Assembly: GCA_040954595.2 (NCBI GenBank)
Contig: CM082597.2
Coordinates: forward strand, 2,122,735 to 2,186,734
Reading direction: 5' to 3'
From: Balanoglossus misakiensis
Taxonomy: Eukaryota; Animalia; Hemichordata
DNA: 64,000 bases
Shown here: positions 1-17,630 of the stretch, one piece after another
How positions within the stretch are numbered: the stretch's first letter is position 1
Layout of the letters: each line of letters begins with the position of its first letter
The notes under the pieces: model-generated
The model's database searches: none
The model's input: the letters and a program-made list of their open reading frames with translations, nothing else
Told to the model about the DNA's origin: nothing
Made by a program: the position numbers and the translations under genes

Positions 1-31
1 AAACACATCCTGTATCCAGATAAACTTTTTA

Positions 32-4080
<4,049 letters not shown>

Positions 4081-4149
4081 CTTGGAATATTCCCTGCGAG
4101 ACGCAGTTGGCCCTCTGAGAGACAACGTCCGATAAAGACCTTCACACCT

Positions 4150-5010
4150 GAAATATAAACAAACAAAGTGCTCGCCAATAATCGCTTATTAGCCTATATA
4201 ACGGATAACCGCTCTGCTCAACGCGAAAACCACTGGCAGCTAGATTATCGCGAACTACGCAACTACCGACCTTTCGAACTCGTCACTTTTTCACCCCAGC
4301 TGCTGACGAATACATACATGGAAAAACAACCCCGATAGATGAAATATTCATGATCATATACCCGTGCAAACATGTTTGATGAAACCAGCCGGCCCATCAA
4401 ATGGTATCTTTAGAAGCTGTGCAATTATTTTCCCCTTCTTTCCCTCTTTTTCTTTTGCGTAATTACACCATCACTCTGCATCGCCATTTTGAAACAGACA
4501 TTTCGCAATGGATTGGTGATGTCCGTATCGAGAAAATTCCTTCTCGTTTTCGACGCACATCTCGCATAAACAAAACGAGATAACCTTTTAATTAGACAAC
4601 TGTAGTTTATTGTTTCATATTCTCATCTCAGAAATCAATTTTACTGAAATTTTGGCCCTGGCGACGGCTTATTTCTTTACCTACCTGGTTCACATCCTTG
4701 ACGAAGTTGCTCTCTTCTGTTTATGTCGCATAAATTATGACCGCCATTCACACCAAATAATTAGTTTCTCCCTTTTGCGAATGCGTCGAATTCAAAACAT
4801 GACATTGTGCAACAACCTTTGACAGTGGCCGATTTCTTGGTTTTGTGGAAACATTGTCATATGAAAAGGGTACATTAAAATCGACACATTTCACAAAGCA
4901 ATTCATAAATAAATGTAATTTAAATCGATAGAAATGAAATGGTGCGAAACTCATAAACTACATCATATGTCCCTTCGTGCGCCCTCACAGACCAGTGCAT
5001 TACAGGAATC
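4150..5010. promoter_or_regulatory. Probable bidirectional promoter region between DCAF8 and PSMD9
   Basis: The two divergent ATGs (4080 and 5015) are under 1 kb apart. The region is CpG-containing and has an ATTGG/CCAAT box near 4512. Transcription start sites are not determined. Confidence 0.5.
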
Positions 5011-5014
5011 CAAG

Positions 5015-6417
5015 ATGTCAGCGTCCAGTGCTCGGGAAAGTGTCAAACAACTTATCCAGAAAAAAGACGACATGGAAAAAGAAATCAAAGAGCTGTACGA
5101 AGTGTTAGATTCGGTAGGACTCAGAGAACATTCTTCTATTGAAGTTGCGGTGGTGATCTGGTTATTTCGTGTATTATGGGCACTTTTTCATTGTTTTGTT
5201 TTGTTTTTCGCTAAAACTACATGATCATCATGATGTGTGTATATATGAACAGAGGTATACCGATCACGTCTGTATTCATTCGTTTATATATATATATATA
5301 CACGACGTGAATCTACAGTAGCTCATACAGGGGACTCTGTTTTGCAGCAAAGAGGTGTTGGTATGAATGGACCACTGGTTGACAACGAAGGTTATCCTCG
5401 AAATGACATTGACGTCTACACGGTTAGAACATCAAGGAACAGAATCATATGTAAGCAGTAATAAACAGTGCCATGACTTTTGTACATATGTATTCATTTT
5501 CTATTTCACATTTATGATATTTGAATCATTGTTTTTGTAGCACTCCTATGGTACAGCAAATGTAACTTTAATGCTTGTCGCTTTTCATTTAGGTCTTCAA
5601 AATGATCACAAGGACCTCATGAAAGAAATTGAACAAGGGCTTCACACGTTGCACAGTCAGGAGAGGCAGGCTGTCGACAGGGTGCCAGAGGAAAAGATGG
5701 AGACAGACAGTGCACGACCAAGACCGTTTGCAAAAATTGACACAGTTACGCCCGGGTCACCAGCTGCAATAGGGGTAAGGCCTCATTGACACCCAATTCC
5801 CCAGTGTAAAGGTCCAAAGTCATCAAGAAAACAATGAATTTGGACCAAACTATGCTAGTGAAGGGGTGAAAGGTCCACTTTCTGTAACTTTTTGCATTTT
5901 CTAGTACTTAACATTTATTTATCATTTTTGTCAGGGACTAATTATTGGTGATGCTCTGCTAAAATTTGGTTCAGTAACGACAGAAAATTTCCAAAGTCTA
6001 CAAAACATTGCAGAAGTTGTGCAGCACAGTCAAAGGGTAAGTGTCTGTGAAATATTCTTGGAACCATGACAGTTTGCTGATTCTCTTGCTACAGGACGGA
6101 CTTGTCGAGGGACTTAATGTGTTTTTGTTTTTTTAATCTTAATAGAGACCAGTTAGTGTTACAGTGATCAGAAACAAAGAGTTAATTCATCTTGGAATAA
6201 CACCACAGCCTTGGTCAGGAAGGGGACTTCTTGGGTAAGTTTATTGGAGAAATGATATTAAAATAACCAGAGTTTGTGCTTATTCGAAACTCCAGTAGTA
6301 GTAATTAGTGTCATAATTTATATTAGTAGAAATAATTTACCGTGTTTATGAAATAGTCGAATTAACTTCCTTTCTTTTATTTGTTTCAGATGTAATATTG
6401 TTCCTTTGCCTCCCTGA
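5015..6417 (+). CDS. PSMD9: 26S proteasome assembly chaperone p27 (PSMD9/Nas2), 6 coding exons
   Basis: Spliced translation [33 protein letters not shown]|[34 protein letters not shown]|[18 protein letters not shown]...[17 protein letters not shown]|[34 protein letters not shown]|RPVSVTVIR...[12 protein letters not shown]|CNIVPLPP*. This is the Nas2 N-terminal domain plus a PDZ domain. AATAAA near 6615. Confidence 0.96.
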
Positions 6418-6855
6418 GTGCTTATGCTCTAATGCTGAAGGAGTTCCTGTGTATCTGCAGAAGGGTTTTTTGAATCAGAATTCAAACCTGCCAGAGTCAT
6501 CTCTATTCTTCTGGAGGCGTTTCCTACTTTTACCAGAAAATATACGACTCAACGTTGCTTATGTCCAAAAATGATACTCCGTAAGAATGACTGATTGAGA
6601 GGATAGATTTTTTTAATAAAAAATCCATTCACATTATCTCTGTGTTCTAGTAATTTTATTTATTTGGTCAGTACTGTACATATATATGTTGTTATTGTTA
6701 CATCATGCAGTATCAAACATACATTTTAATAGTTTGACCGTTACAACATTTGTTAATCTTAAAAAAATGCTAATGTGCCTATAAAGAATTATCTTGATTA
6801 CTTGATATTCAGCTTCGTGCAAGTTTGCGTTGTCATTCCTACACTTCGTACTTCT

Positions 6856-8053
6856 TCACTGTTAATATAAACAGAAATTCAATTCAAGTTAAGAATATTG
6901 GAACTGATATTAAAAGTTATCTTAAATCGACAGCGTCATATTAAATTCATATATCAGAATCTAACTCTCCGTCTGGATGGTATAGTGCAAGTTCTGTAAT
7001 GAGAATAATACCTAGTTCTCTGAATCCACATAAATAAAACTTACAGCAGTGACTTCTTCTGGTACTTCACCACTATGTATTTCCTCTTTCATGTTTTTCT
7101 GCGAGGGCACACCCAGAAAGTTCTCCGCAACAGACTTGTCCTCGATGAAAACTGGAATTAGAAGAGTAAGGTTAGACAACTGGTCAAACAAATTTTATGA
7201 CATCAATCTGACGTAGCATAGTCCTATGGGCATGCGAGAAATTCCATCCAAAGACACCGATTAAAAATCACATACAGATTTTTTTTTATACAGGTGACAA
7301 ACAAACCTGGTTCCACAGCATTGACTTCTTCTGGTACTTCAAGAAGTTCTTGCTTCATGATAGTATTTTCTTCTCCTATCGTGTTTTTCAGAGTGGGTGC
7401 ACGCATGCCCAGAAACTTCTTCGCATTGGACTCTTTCAGAATCAAAACTGAAAGTTGAACAGAGTAAATTCAACTTACACAATATTGCAAACTGATTCAA
7501 AACACTCAAGTGGATTTGTCTAAAACCTTCCGCAGAATATCATTTAGTCTTATCCCCTGCTGGTTGTGTCATACTAAAGGAAAGAAGTCGGGATGGGCTG
7601 CCATTTTGGTCTGCATTAATGGGTATGTGTAGAATACAAATTGCAAAGAACACAGTCTCGTCACTTACCATCGTTTTGTTCCAAGTTATTCGCCTCTTTC
7701 GGAGCCTGCGCAAAACAAATATGAATTGTGGTTTTAGTTTCATCAATTTACAGCGCCGTTCTGTAACCGGTAGTGTGGTATGCGTGAGGAGTCTTTGATA
7801 TCTGCGTTTGTTTGTCTGTCTGTCTGTCTGTCTGTCTGCAACCCACTATGAGTGTCCTTCAGTCTGTCTGCCACGCAAACACGACACAAAAGTGTTCAAT
7901 AGTAATAACACCCTAAGACCCGGATAACTGGGCATGCTAAATTAAAGTGAAACAAACTCTTACGAATTTCAAACGTTTGCCATCAGCAGGTGGTGACAAG
8001 ACAGCACAGAGAGTGAACACTCCACACAGCAAGAACTTGACCGAAATCTTCAT
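6856..8053 (-). CDS. Small secreted Glu-rich protein (~125 aa) with two duplicated ECRG4/UCMA-propeptide-like modules
   Basis: Exons 8053-7964 (signal MKISVKFLLCGVFTLCAVLSPPADG-KRLKF), 7705-7669 (APKEANNLEQND), 7447-7307 (VLILKESNAKKFLG...LLEVPEEVNAVEP), 7151-7045 (VFIEDKSVAENFLG...GEVPEEVTA) and stop 6858-6856. All junctions are AG/GT and phase-compatible. Confidence 0.7.
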
Positions 8054-9623
8054 ATTCTCTTTCTGGAATAAAGTGTACAAATAACAGAAAAGCAAGACGT
8101 GTGAGACGTGTACCATTCTCTGCCAAAATTAGCAACAACTCGCCACACAACAGGGGCAGTACAAACGCAGCCATGCATGTTAACATATTATAGTTGTACT
8201 ATTGTCCACCTGAATGTCAACTCAAACCATCTGATGAATGGCGATGCTATCGATAGCCGAACTCACAGACATGGAAGTCGAAGTTTTATCCCTTCCATCT
8301 AAAATGTTACCTGTGTCGGACAGGAGGATAGGCAGTAATTTTCAACACTGTCATCTACAAGCTGGCAGTTGTCAGCGTGTGGTTAAGGTCAACAACCAAT
8401 TCGATTCGATTGTGTGTATGTACATGTGTCACCTATGAATTTCTTTCAACCGCGACGGTTGTTGCCAAAAAACAGACAGTTTGTGACGTTTTCCGAGCAA
8501 GTTTCTTCCTCTGTAAAAGGTCGTTTGTGGTGCCTCAGTGGAGATAAACTAAGGTGTAAATGTCCTTGAAAATGCCCAGGCTCTCCAACACTATATGGGT
8601 GTGGCACGACACTCTAGATACATGTCCATATATACTACATGTAATTGTAATGTTCCATATCCATAAATATGTACTAAAGAAAAACGTGGCAATAAATGAA
8701 ACGAAAAAGTTGACAATTTGATGTGTCGAGCTCCGAGAGAATTAACAGTGAAGCAAAAATTCGGCAACTTACTTTAGTATGCACCAACGTTAACAGTTTC
8801 ACTGTAGCGTCACGCTCTTTTGAAAGAAGTTTAGGCCTAGTGTGTGTCTTCGCCTAGCACCACCCACTTTCCTTCGGAAGAGAGGTTATAACCAACACAC
8901 ATTAGCGTCTAAAAACTGGGTCCCCATTGTCAGGATTGTGGTGTTGAAGGACAGTTTACACAAAGGAGCTATAGTGGGATGAAGGTGCTTGGTTCAATGG
9001 ATGTTCAGGTCATCAACATCACCGTGGATCTTTCCATTGTTACCTCATTTCCACGAGATTCCATGGTATAGACCCCCACCTTCTTGCAGAAATTGGTGTT
9101 GCCGATGGTGTATGAGTTTTAAGACATTATGATAACACGATTATTCTATTTTTGCTTAAAAATAATTTACATACGTCGTCTGTACAAAATATTCACCCGC
9201 ACCATCAGCAGATCACTTTCCAATCACCAATGACATCACATTAAACATTATCAATACTGATGTATGGTTAAAACATATTTTAATACACAATGCCATTTTC
9301 TCATTATTAAAGCTTACTACATCAACGAGTCAGTATGAGGTAGACCTTGTTAATGGCTTGGCTTGTGCTGAAAAAATGTGCATTTAAGAGGCACAGTATA
9401 CATGTTCTGGTTCTTGTGTAGTTCCTGAATAATTTTGTAGGCTTCTAAGATTTTATACTTAGCCATTTGAAGATGGGAAGAATAAAGGATTCAGCTACGT
9501 GTTGCTTTGAGGTAGCAAGATTGAACATTCATATTGGTGATGAGCGTGACATTTACTCAAACATATACATTGCATTGGTATCAAAATTGAGCTAAAATTC
9601 TCTGGCAGCCATTGAACGTATAT

Positions 9624-11725
9624 TCAAAATGGCGGCACCACATTGTACGCCATAGTGTCGTCATCATCCTCGTTCCCGGGTGGATAATATTCGCACGCTA
9701 TGTAGAATTGTGTCCAGTGTTTCTTGTATCGTAGAACTGCTCCACACCCGAGTCTTTTAGTTTCCTTCCATACTACTTGAGTAAAATGACCTATGTAAAA
9801 GCGAGAGAAATCATATGTTTATCACACAATCGGACATCAAATATTCGCAGATATTTTATCTACTTTATACTTGAAATATTCTGTAAACGCACACTTACCA
9901 GCCTTGTATGAAAATTTCGGATGTTTGAAATCAAAGAATTTGATCTCGTCGTAAAACAACTTGACGAATCCATAACCTTGAAAAAGAAAAATGTCATTAG
10001 AATATTACGGTGAGTCTACGAAGTACATGTATCTCTGAGTCTCGAAAAACAGCGAAAGAACTGAAACTCTAAATGTGACGTCATACCTGTTACCCTTTCC
10101 AGTCCGTGCAGTTCCTGCATGGCAACGTTTTCACCAAACTGAGCGAAATCCGAATGTTCAATCCGTCCAATATTAGCGTTGCTACGAGCTAGGTAGTCGC
10201 CGTATTTCTCCAAAGTTGTGTCCCATGTCAGTGGTGACACTCCGTGTAAACATCTGTAGTAATTATGCGCCTCTAGTATTTGCTCCTTGAGGGCGTGGAA
10301 ACTAGCGACGCCAGTTTGGTTTGGTTTAACACAGAGAGTATTGTCTGGTTGACCGTAACCTGTAAAAAGTAGTAGACAGATAGAGTGTATATATACTTTT
10401 CGGAAATGAAGGAAGGAAGGAAAAAATAAATTACTGGTTGTTTGTTAGTTGCTTGGTTCGGTGGCCAGATGTCTCATGATGGTAATCAATTTTTGTGCGA
10501 GTGGAGGGCAGTCGTTCATATTATTGAACGCCACGGCAACACCTGGTGTAAAACGTGACCAATCATGAAGCACACACGGCGTTCTTGTAAGCCAATCATG
10601 GGTTGGAACGTGTACACCTGTCCATAAAGGTTTCCATCACGTGCATCACGTGGTTCAGTTTGTACGTAAACTTTGCTCATGGCGACATTTTCACGGAGAA
10701 AATGTCGTCTCGGATACCGATGACGCGTTCGTTACCCAAAACGGGTTTGGAATTAACGCCAGAACGCGAGCAGGCTGACGAGTCGAGGACGACTGGTTGT
10801 GTGGTTGTTGTCTGAGCTTTGTGGAGAATTTTCTTGGAGAACATTTGCAGGATTGTGTGTGGAAAGAAGATGCCCTTCCTTCAGGATTGTCGACGTGTGA
10901 GCCATCAAGCAAAAGGTGAGCATGCATACACCATACTATTATTTTACCGATAGTGTGGCATGATTACAGTTTAATGCTTCACACAGAGAGGTAGCATCTT
11001 TGCAAGTTCTTGATACATGTAAAAACTGCATAACTACACGTACCACAATCCCGTTCGTCGCTGTTATCAGCACACTGCTGAAACCCATCGCAAATGTTGC
11101 TCTTCTTCATACACAATGGTTCACCATCTGCACATCTGTAAGGCGCATGTGGATAGTACATTGAACAGTCCTCGTCCACATAGGGCTCGTGTCGAATAAC
11201 TTCAGCTGTCAAAGTAAAACAAAAACAAAAACATCTGGTGTGTATTTTCACTAGTTTCAAGGTTATAACTTTTTATGCAGCGTACACCCGTACGTATAAA
11301 CAAAACTTGGGAATTACCTTCCAATGCAAGAAGCGCGTTTCCATCCACCAAGTCGATGGGCAGTTTTTCGTCTGTTGGAAAGAAACACAAGAATAGTGCA
11401 TCATGTTTAGCCAGAGATAGGCACAGGGATTCATTGACAAGCATAGTCATCCAAGCTATAAAAAAATAAAACATCTAGCACCGTCACTGAAGAACAGAAT
11501 GCGTTGTGTATCTCAAAACATATTTTGTTTAAATTAACGATAACATTACCGCAATCATGTTCATCGCTGCCGTCCCAGCAGTTGACAAATCCATCACAAA
11601 CGCAGAATTCCGGGAGACAATTCAGGCCGTCTGCGCATATATGGTCGAAGAAGGTGCCATATTTGTCCAGACATAACTTGGAGCGAGTTGCTACGAATAG
11701 CGAGCAGAAAACCATATTTTATCAA

Positions 11726-11819
<94 letters not shown>

Positions 11820-14704
11820 TTTTTGTACGCTGACCACGGCAATAGAATTGTTATTGACATTTTAAAAACTTAAACACAATTTTTGAGGGTTCTTACCTTT
11901 GTTTTTGGCCTCTACTTGCAAGTGGATTGATTTTTTAATCGCCTTGCCTAAATGACCTTCGACTGAGTTGACCTTTTACAAGGAAAAATCGGAAATGGTC
12001 AGTTAAAATGAAATGAAGAGTAACTACAAAATGAAAGCAGAACACAATTTTTTTTATGATGAGAAGGAAGAAATTACAGGCGATATGTTTAATTACTGAA
12101 ATTCGTCTGCTCTGATTTTACGTCTGGTGCAGCATGCAAATATTTAGAAAATATCATTTGACCTGTTTATTTGATTTCAGTATGCACCTGATAGCACGGC
12201 GTATGGTCTACAGATGCCGTTATTGTTGGAAACAAAGACGCAGAGTAGTCATAACAACGAATTCGCAAGCTTCGCGCATAATAATGTATATCTGATGGAA
12301 AATGATGGGTATTGATGCTTAGAGTGATTGTTATAACACAGCTAGAAATGACTTAGGGATGACCTTTAGTCTGTTCCATATTTTGTGAGTCTAAACAGAT
12401 GGAAGAGAGGGAGCAGACATTTGGTCAAAAGTGTCGAAAAGGTTCTGAGATTTTCCTTACATTCCGGTATGTGCGCATATTGCAGCACACAGAGAAACGT
12501 CCTCCATTTGCTCATTAACAAATCACGTGTTATTTTAGGAAATGACACTGACAGGTGTATAGATTGATAATTGATTGTTGATGGATGGATGGATGATTGT
12601 CGGATGGGTTGGTATGTGTGTGTGTGTGTGGACAAATGTTTTGGGTGGATTGATGGCTGGATCGTGGTTGGTTGGAGGGAGGGTACGAGTAATTATGGTC
12701 GGATGTGCTCGAGTGTGTACATGTATAGGTGGGTGGATAGAGATTCTGACAGACAGGTTAAACGCATACTTCATGTTCCCAGTCATGTGTGGGAAAGCAA
12801 TTACAAGCCACAGAGGGTGCAATCGTTTAAATTTCGAATGATTGATGGCCGTCTCTTCAGACCTCGAGTAGCGCAGAAGGCAGTAAACCCCACGTCTTCT
12901 GACGGCAGCGTGTGAGAAAATCATTTACCCGAGACCATGTTTGCAACAATTTGATCTGCACAGTTTGAAACAAAGCGTTGCCGCGCCGTCCTTGAGAAAG
13001 ATTTATTTCGCTAAACGTAACTGCACACAATGCCTACGTGCAAAAATGTCAAAATATGGAATGGTGAACAGACGACTTTTGGAATTTTTGACGTGTCACC
13101 TTTAAGAAATATACTAACAAATTACAAGTAGAATGTTTTGAAAACAAAATTCTTAGGTCCTTCTTCCCTGACGTATAATATTGTGCAAACGCCAATGATA
13201 TTTCGCAAGACTTTTAAATGTTTAAAGTAGTATGCGAGTGTGTGGTGAAACCTTGAGAAAAATATCCAACAAAAAAGTTTAAGACTTTGTGTTTTGAGGC
13301 GTATTCTATGTTTAATTTTTGTTGATAACTAAAGACCCAAGAAACTGAACGACGCAACAGGTTGAAGAACTTTTTCTAACTATATAAGACGCAGTATTTG
13401 GTAAGAATCTGTTACTATTGATGTTAGGTCACCACATAATTCATCCATGTAAAATGTTAAGGGTTTATCCGCGTTGAAGTCGACTCTTTTGATAGGACAA
13501 CATTCTTTCAACGATGCCGCATAGCGCGAGTGAAGCGAACGGAACCGAGCTGACACCATCCTTACACAACCAGTGATGTTGTCAGATTTTATCAAAACTG
13601 CTTTCACGGAACATCTTGTCAAAGGGTTTCTGCCACCTCCTGAATGAACACCAGATCCCCGTGTCTTATCATCACCATAATTCATCGCCACACCGAACAC
13701 ATGCCCTGTGTTTTCATTTTAAACTTCTCGGTGGGTTATGCGATACGGCGTCGACAGTAAAAACAGTGACTCGTGACCGTGTGTGCGCGAGGCAGCGCCG
13801 TCACTTGGCGGGATCCGTCACCACCCGGCATATCAAGACGTTGTCATGGCGATAGCTTTGGATGTTCCGCCAGGGGACGCCAAGAAATTCGTCAACTTGA
13901 ACTCTGTTTATTATTTTCATCATATACTTGAACTGTGTTTATTATTATCATGGTGTTTGGTTTTCACTCCCACCCACCCCCTCCGCAGACCGATAGTTCC
14001 ATCTGGTCTCGATCCTTGGCCAGGTGATTTATATCAACGCGTCACTTTGAGCTCAGGGTCACTTGCTTCGAATTGGCGCATTGGTGAGTTGCACTCCATT
14101 GGAATTTGGAACGAATGTTAAGAGTTTCGCATAAACACATGCACAAAGCTTTTTATGTTATCTGCGATTGTACAGTTTTATCTGAACCGTCGGGCCGAAA
14201 AACAGAGCAGACAGAAATATTCGGTCGGTAAATAGACGCAAACAAAGATGAAGTAAAGAAGCAAATGAGATTTGATAGTTCATCCGACCGATAGTGTAAC
14301 AACTCTCCAAGTGAACGACCGCCTTCGAGAGTTTGATGCGACAAATTCTAACGGGAGATTCCCAAATAAACGGCAAAACTAGCGCTTGGGAATGTAATTT
14401 TGTCTGTCACGCTTTCCGTCAAAAATTATGAACCTAGAAGGCCTTATACTGCTGGGAACTCCTTCAATGTAAAACTGTTTTCAAGATCTCTCTTGAGCAA
14501 TCTGTGGAAATTTTCCTGATATTTGCTAGAGTTTAAAATCAACTTTGGTCCATTTTAACAAGCAACTCAAGAATAATATTTGTCATCATTGAAAAATGCA
14601 AAAAAAAAACTTACCAGGTCGTTGAAATTCTCGATCGCATAGCAGTTTCCTTGGCTGTGCATAAGGGCCTGCAATACAAGCAACGGGAAAAATGCAGAGA
14701 CCAT
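9624..14704 (-). CDS. Secreted LDLa-LDLa-CAP (SCP/PR-1/GAPR-1-like) protein, paralog 1
   Basis: Signal exon 14704-14615 (MVSAFFPLLVLQALMHSQGNCYA). LDLa exons ~11550-11690 (CADGLNCLPEFCVCDGFVNCWDGSDEHDC) and ~11044-11206 (RCADGEPLCMKKSNICDGFQQCADNSDERDC). CAP exons give 'ILEAHNYYRCLHGVSPLTWD..IEHS..FGENVA', 'FYDEIKFFDF' and 'GHFTQVVWKETKRLGCG..IACEYYPPGN..PPF*'. Confidence 0.85.
11727..11819. repeat. (CAT)n microsatellite, intronic
   Basis: About 31 perfect CAT units; the source of the poly-His, poly-Met and poly-Ile ORFs. Confidence 0.97.
12352..13106. mobile_element. Possible degenerate non-autonomous DNA transposon (MITE-like) in intron 1 of CAP paralog 1
   Basis: The left end cttagggatgac..gtctgttc.catattttg resembles the reverse complement of the right end (cttaaaggtgac...gtctgttc...ccatattttg). 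The match is imperfect and no target-site duplication is confirmed. Confidence 0.25.
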
Positions 14705-15955
14705 GATCTGCTTTGCAACCAAGCACAGAGGATAAAGAAACACTTTGGCTGTGCGTTCTAAGGTGATTTATTTGCGCTGGTGTGTTCCCAGCCTAATATA
14801 GGCGAAAAGAAAAATATTCTTGAACGAGGTTATATGTTGCCACCCTTTGCGAGTACAGGTTTGGTCTCCACTGACCCGAAATGACATAATCCTGATGGAT
14901 CTGTTGAAGGCTCTTAATTTATGGGGCGTGTCATAACCCCTACATCGCTTAGCATCAACAGGGTTTCATTTCAGGGAGCGCACAGTTTCTTCTGCGGGCT
15001 GGTGGTCAACTTTCCTTCCCATAACATGCAAAAACTTTCTCCATGCCATTCATCCCACCAGCGTCGGTCCAGATTTCGTCTTCGAGTCGGCGCAGGAGTC
15101 TAGTGCATAATTTACCTCCGTGAGAAAAAATTAATACCTTTCTTCACGAAGATCCGTGTTACCGTTTCCACTCATGAATTCCCTATATACAAAATACCTT
15201 TCGTCATTTTTTAAAATCCTGACAAGAGCGTTCCTGTGACAGCTTGATAGATAGATAGAAACAAAACACTATTTCCGGCAAAAGTCTTTATATGCGACCT
15301 CGTAACCTATAGTTGCTCAAGGAGAAGCCAATTTATTACAAGTTGGGATAGTTTTACAATATCTTTCCAGGAGTTTAAGGACCTCCTCCAAAGGGTTATG
15401 TAAAATTACACAATTACCAGAATCCTGTTGTGAGATCCAGCATAGTGACAGCTGCGTGTTCAATCTTGCTGCCAAAAGTATTACATTCACTTATCGATTT
15501 CGTAATGCCTGTCATATCTCATAAATGACATGCGAACAGTGTAGAATAGGGCTCTCAAGTTGTTGAGTTGGGGGCGTTTGGTTCAGAAGCAATCTGAACG
15601 CCCCAAGTTAGTGTCAAGCGCCTTCACATCCCAAACACATCCCCTCTACCTCCCTCTCTCCTCTCTCATTATTTCAAGGCCTTTCTGAATTATCGATGGA
15701 AGTCTGTTTACTGTTTGATTCAGCATAATGTGATGATGATTCCGAAGGGTGGCATTTGCGAAAAACGTATGTTTCTCCACAGTGACCCCTCTTTCCCTCC
15801 TGATGTTACCGGCCATGGGAAGCATAGTGATTACATATAACTGTCCATTACACGGAATACAAGCTGGTGTTATGATCGCAAAGGTATACAATAACGTGTT
15901 ATGAAAACCTCAGACAGGTTTTCAAGCGGCATATGTACAACCAACCACGGCGAAT

Positions 15956-17630
15956 ATGATTGGTAAGTTGTTAGGTATAGTTCTGTAATATTAGAGAAAA
16001 GGAATCAGTAACTGTAATGTTTGGTTACTTTGAGAAGTAATTTATAAATCATTCAGACGTGCTCAGAACTTTGTCTTATGGAGATTCAAACTTGCGTTGT
16101 GTGACATGTAAATAATTTGTAATGTTAACTATATTGCTCTTTTGTATATATATATTCCTGTAGCGAGAAAACAACGGAACATTGGGATATGCTTCTTCAT
16201 AGCCACGACTGCATTTATTGGATTAGTATTGATCAGCCAGAAACCACTTCTACATGAACGCATCAAATGGTAGGCACTTGTGTTTTTATGTGAATCTCAT
16301 GTAGCAATAGCTGAGTTGGTTAATTACAGTAGCGACGGACTGCTAGCTAGCCAAGTAACACAAGCCATTGCTTTGTATGAAACTAGACTAGGTGCATATT
16401 ATAACACAATTGTAATTTCTGTGGCGTTCAACTCGATGGGCCGTGTGTTGTTTTTCCTGTGTCTCGCCGCTTTGATTTGACCACGTGAACGGAAGTACGA
16501 GGATGTAAGGTCATGTAGGGGTCATGAAAGTGGCCAACGAGAGGTGACCGTATCATTCAACCATCAGGGCTCCTCTTAGGGTATAACAATTTATTTATTT
16601 ATTTATTTTATCCAGGAAAGGGTATTTATTAACACAAACAGTTGCGAGTACACGTGCACCACAAGCTCGTAGTAAGGCCGAACACCGACAATCTGCTTCT
16701 TGCAAACCGCAGAGGGACTTCGTGTACATCAAGATACCCAAAACCGGAAGCAGCACCCTGTCGAAGATTTTATTCATGTACGGAATCAATCACGAATTAG
16801 TCGCAGCCATTGCTCCGAGGTCTCACTTCTTCATCCGCAGGGACGACTCCCTGGAACCACACATGCAAATGCAGGTGCTTCGATACAACTGCACGTCATT
16901 TCCGGGGTACAACTACATAGCCAGCCACGTCATCTACAATCGCGAGGCTATGCAGGCACTGATCCCGAAAGCGAAATTCTTCACGGTCATTAGAAATTCA
17001 TACAACCACGCGCGATCATGGTTCTATGCTGGGGATGATCATTTGTCTACAAAGACATCCAAGTCGTTTGAAAATTACATGCTTGAGTATTATTCAAAGA
17101 ACCATGAAAACCTGAATAGCAAATGTCTCAAAACTGTAACGATGAGCCAGGCTAGTTTCTTGGGTATAAACCAAGAAGACTGCCCAAACTCCACCTCATT
17201 AACTTCAACTTTTGAACAGTTGGAAAGAGAGATTGACTTGGTGTTGATCAACGAGTATTATGAAGAATCTCTGATCCTGTTGAAGAAGTTGATGTGTTGG
17301 GATGATGTTGATCTCGTGTACGTGTACACCCACTTACATGAGTATGTTCGGGCGCCTGAAGATCCCAAAGTGCGAGAGGTGATAGACAAGGTAAATTATG
17401 TGGACGCCATGATGTACGATCACTTCAATCGCTCCTTCTGGAAGAAAATCGACGAGTACGACGGTGACTTTCAACAGGATTTGGCCAGATACCGACGGGT
17501 CCGAAATGAAACGCTGACAAAATGCCCGAAGGAGAGACCGCAATCGCCCTACTGTGTTCAGTTAACCAAAATTCCACAGCACCCCCTACAAGGACAGGCC
17601 TACCAATACCAAATGAAATGGATGTGTTAG
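15956..17630 (+). CDS. Galactose-3-O-sulfotransferase (GAL3ST) family type II Golgi membrane protein
   Basis: Exons 15956-15962, 16163-16270 (RKQRNIGICFFIATTAFIGLVLIS transmembrane anchor) and 16616-17630. Motifs are PAPS 5'-PSB 'YIKIPKTGSSTL', 3'-PB 'FTVIRNSYNHARSWFY', and the GAL3ST-typical 'DLVLINEYYEESLILLKKLMCW' and 'D..MYDHFNRSFWKKI'. Confidence 0.9.

Noticed and set aside
7983-8186. ORF MLTCMAAFVLPLLCG... as the signal exon of the Glu-rich gene
   Set aside because: It does not splice in frame to the downstream exons. The overlapping frame starting at ATG 8053 gives a better signal peptide and a phase-0 gtaaga donor.
11504-11873. Poly-His, poly-Met and poly-Ile ORFs
   Set aside because: Translations of an intronic (CAT)n microsatellite.
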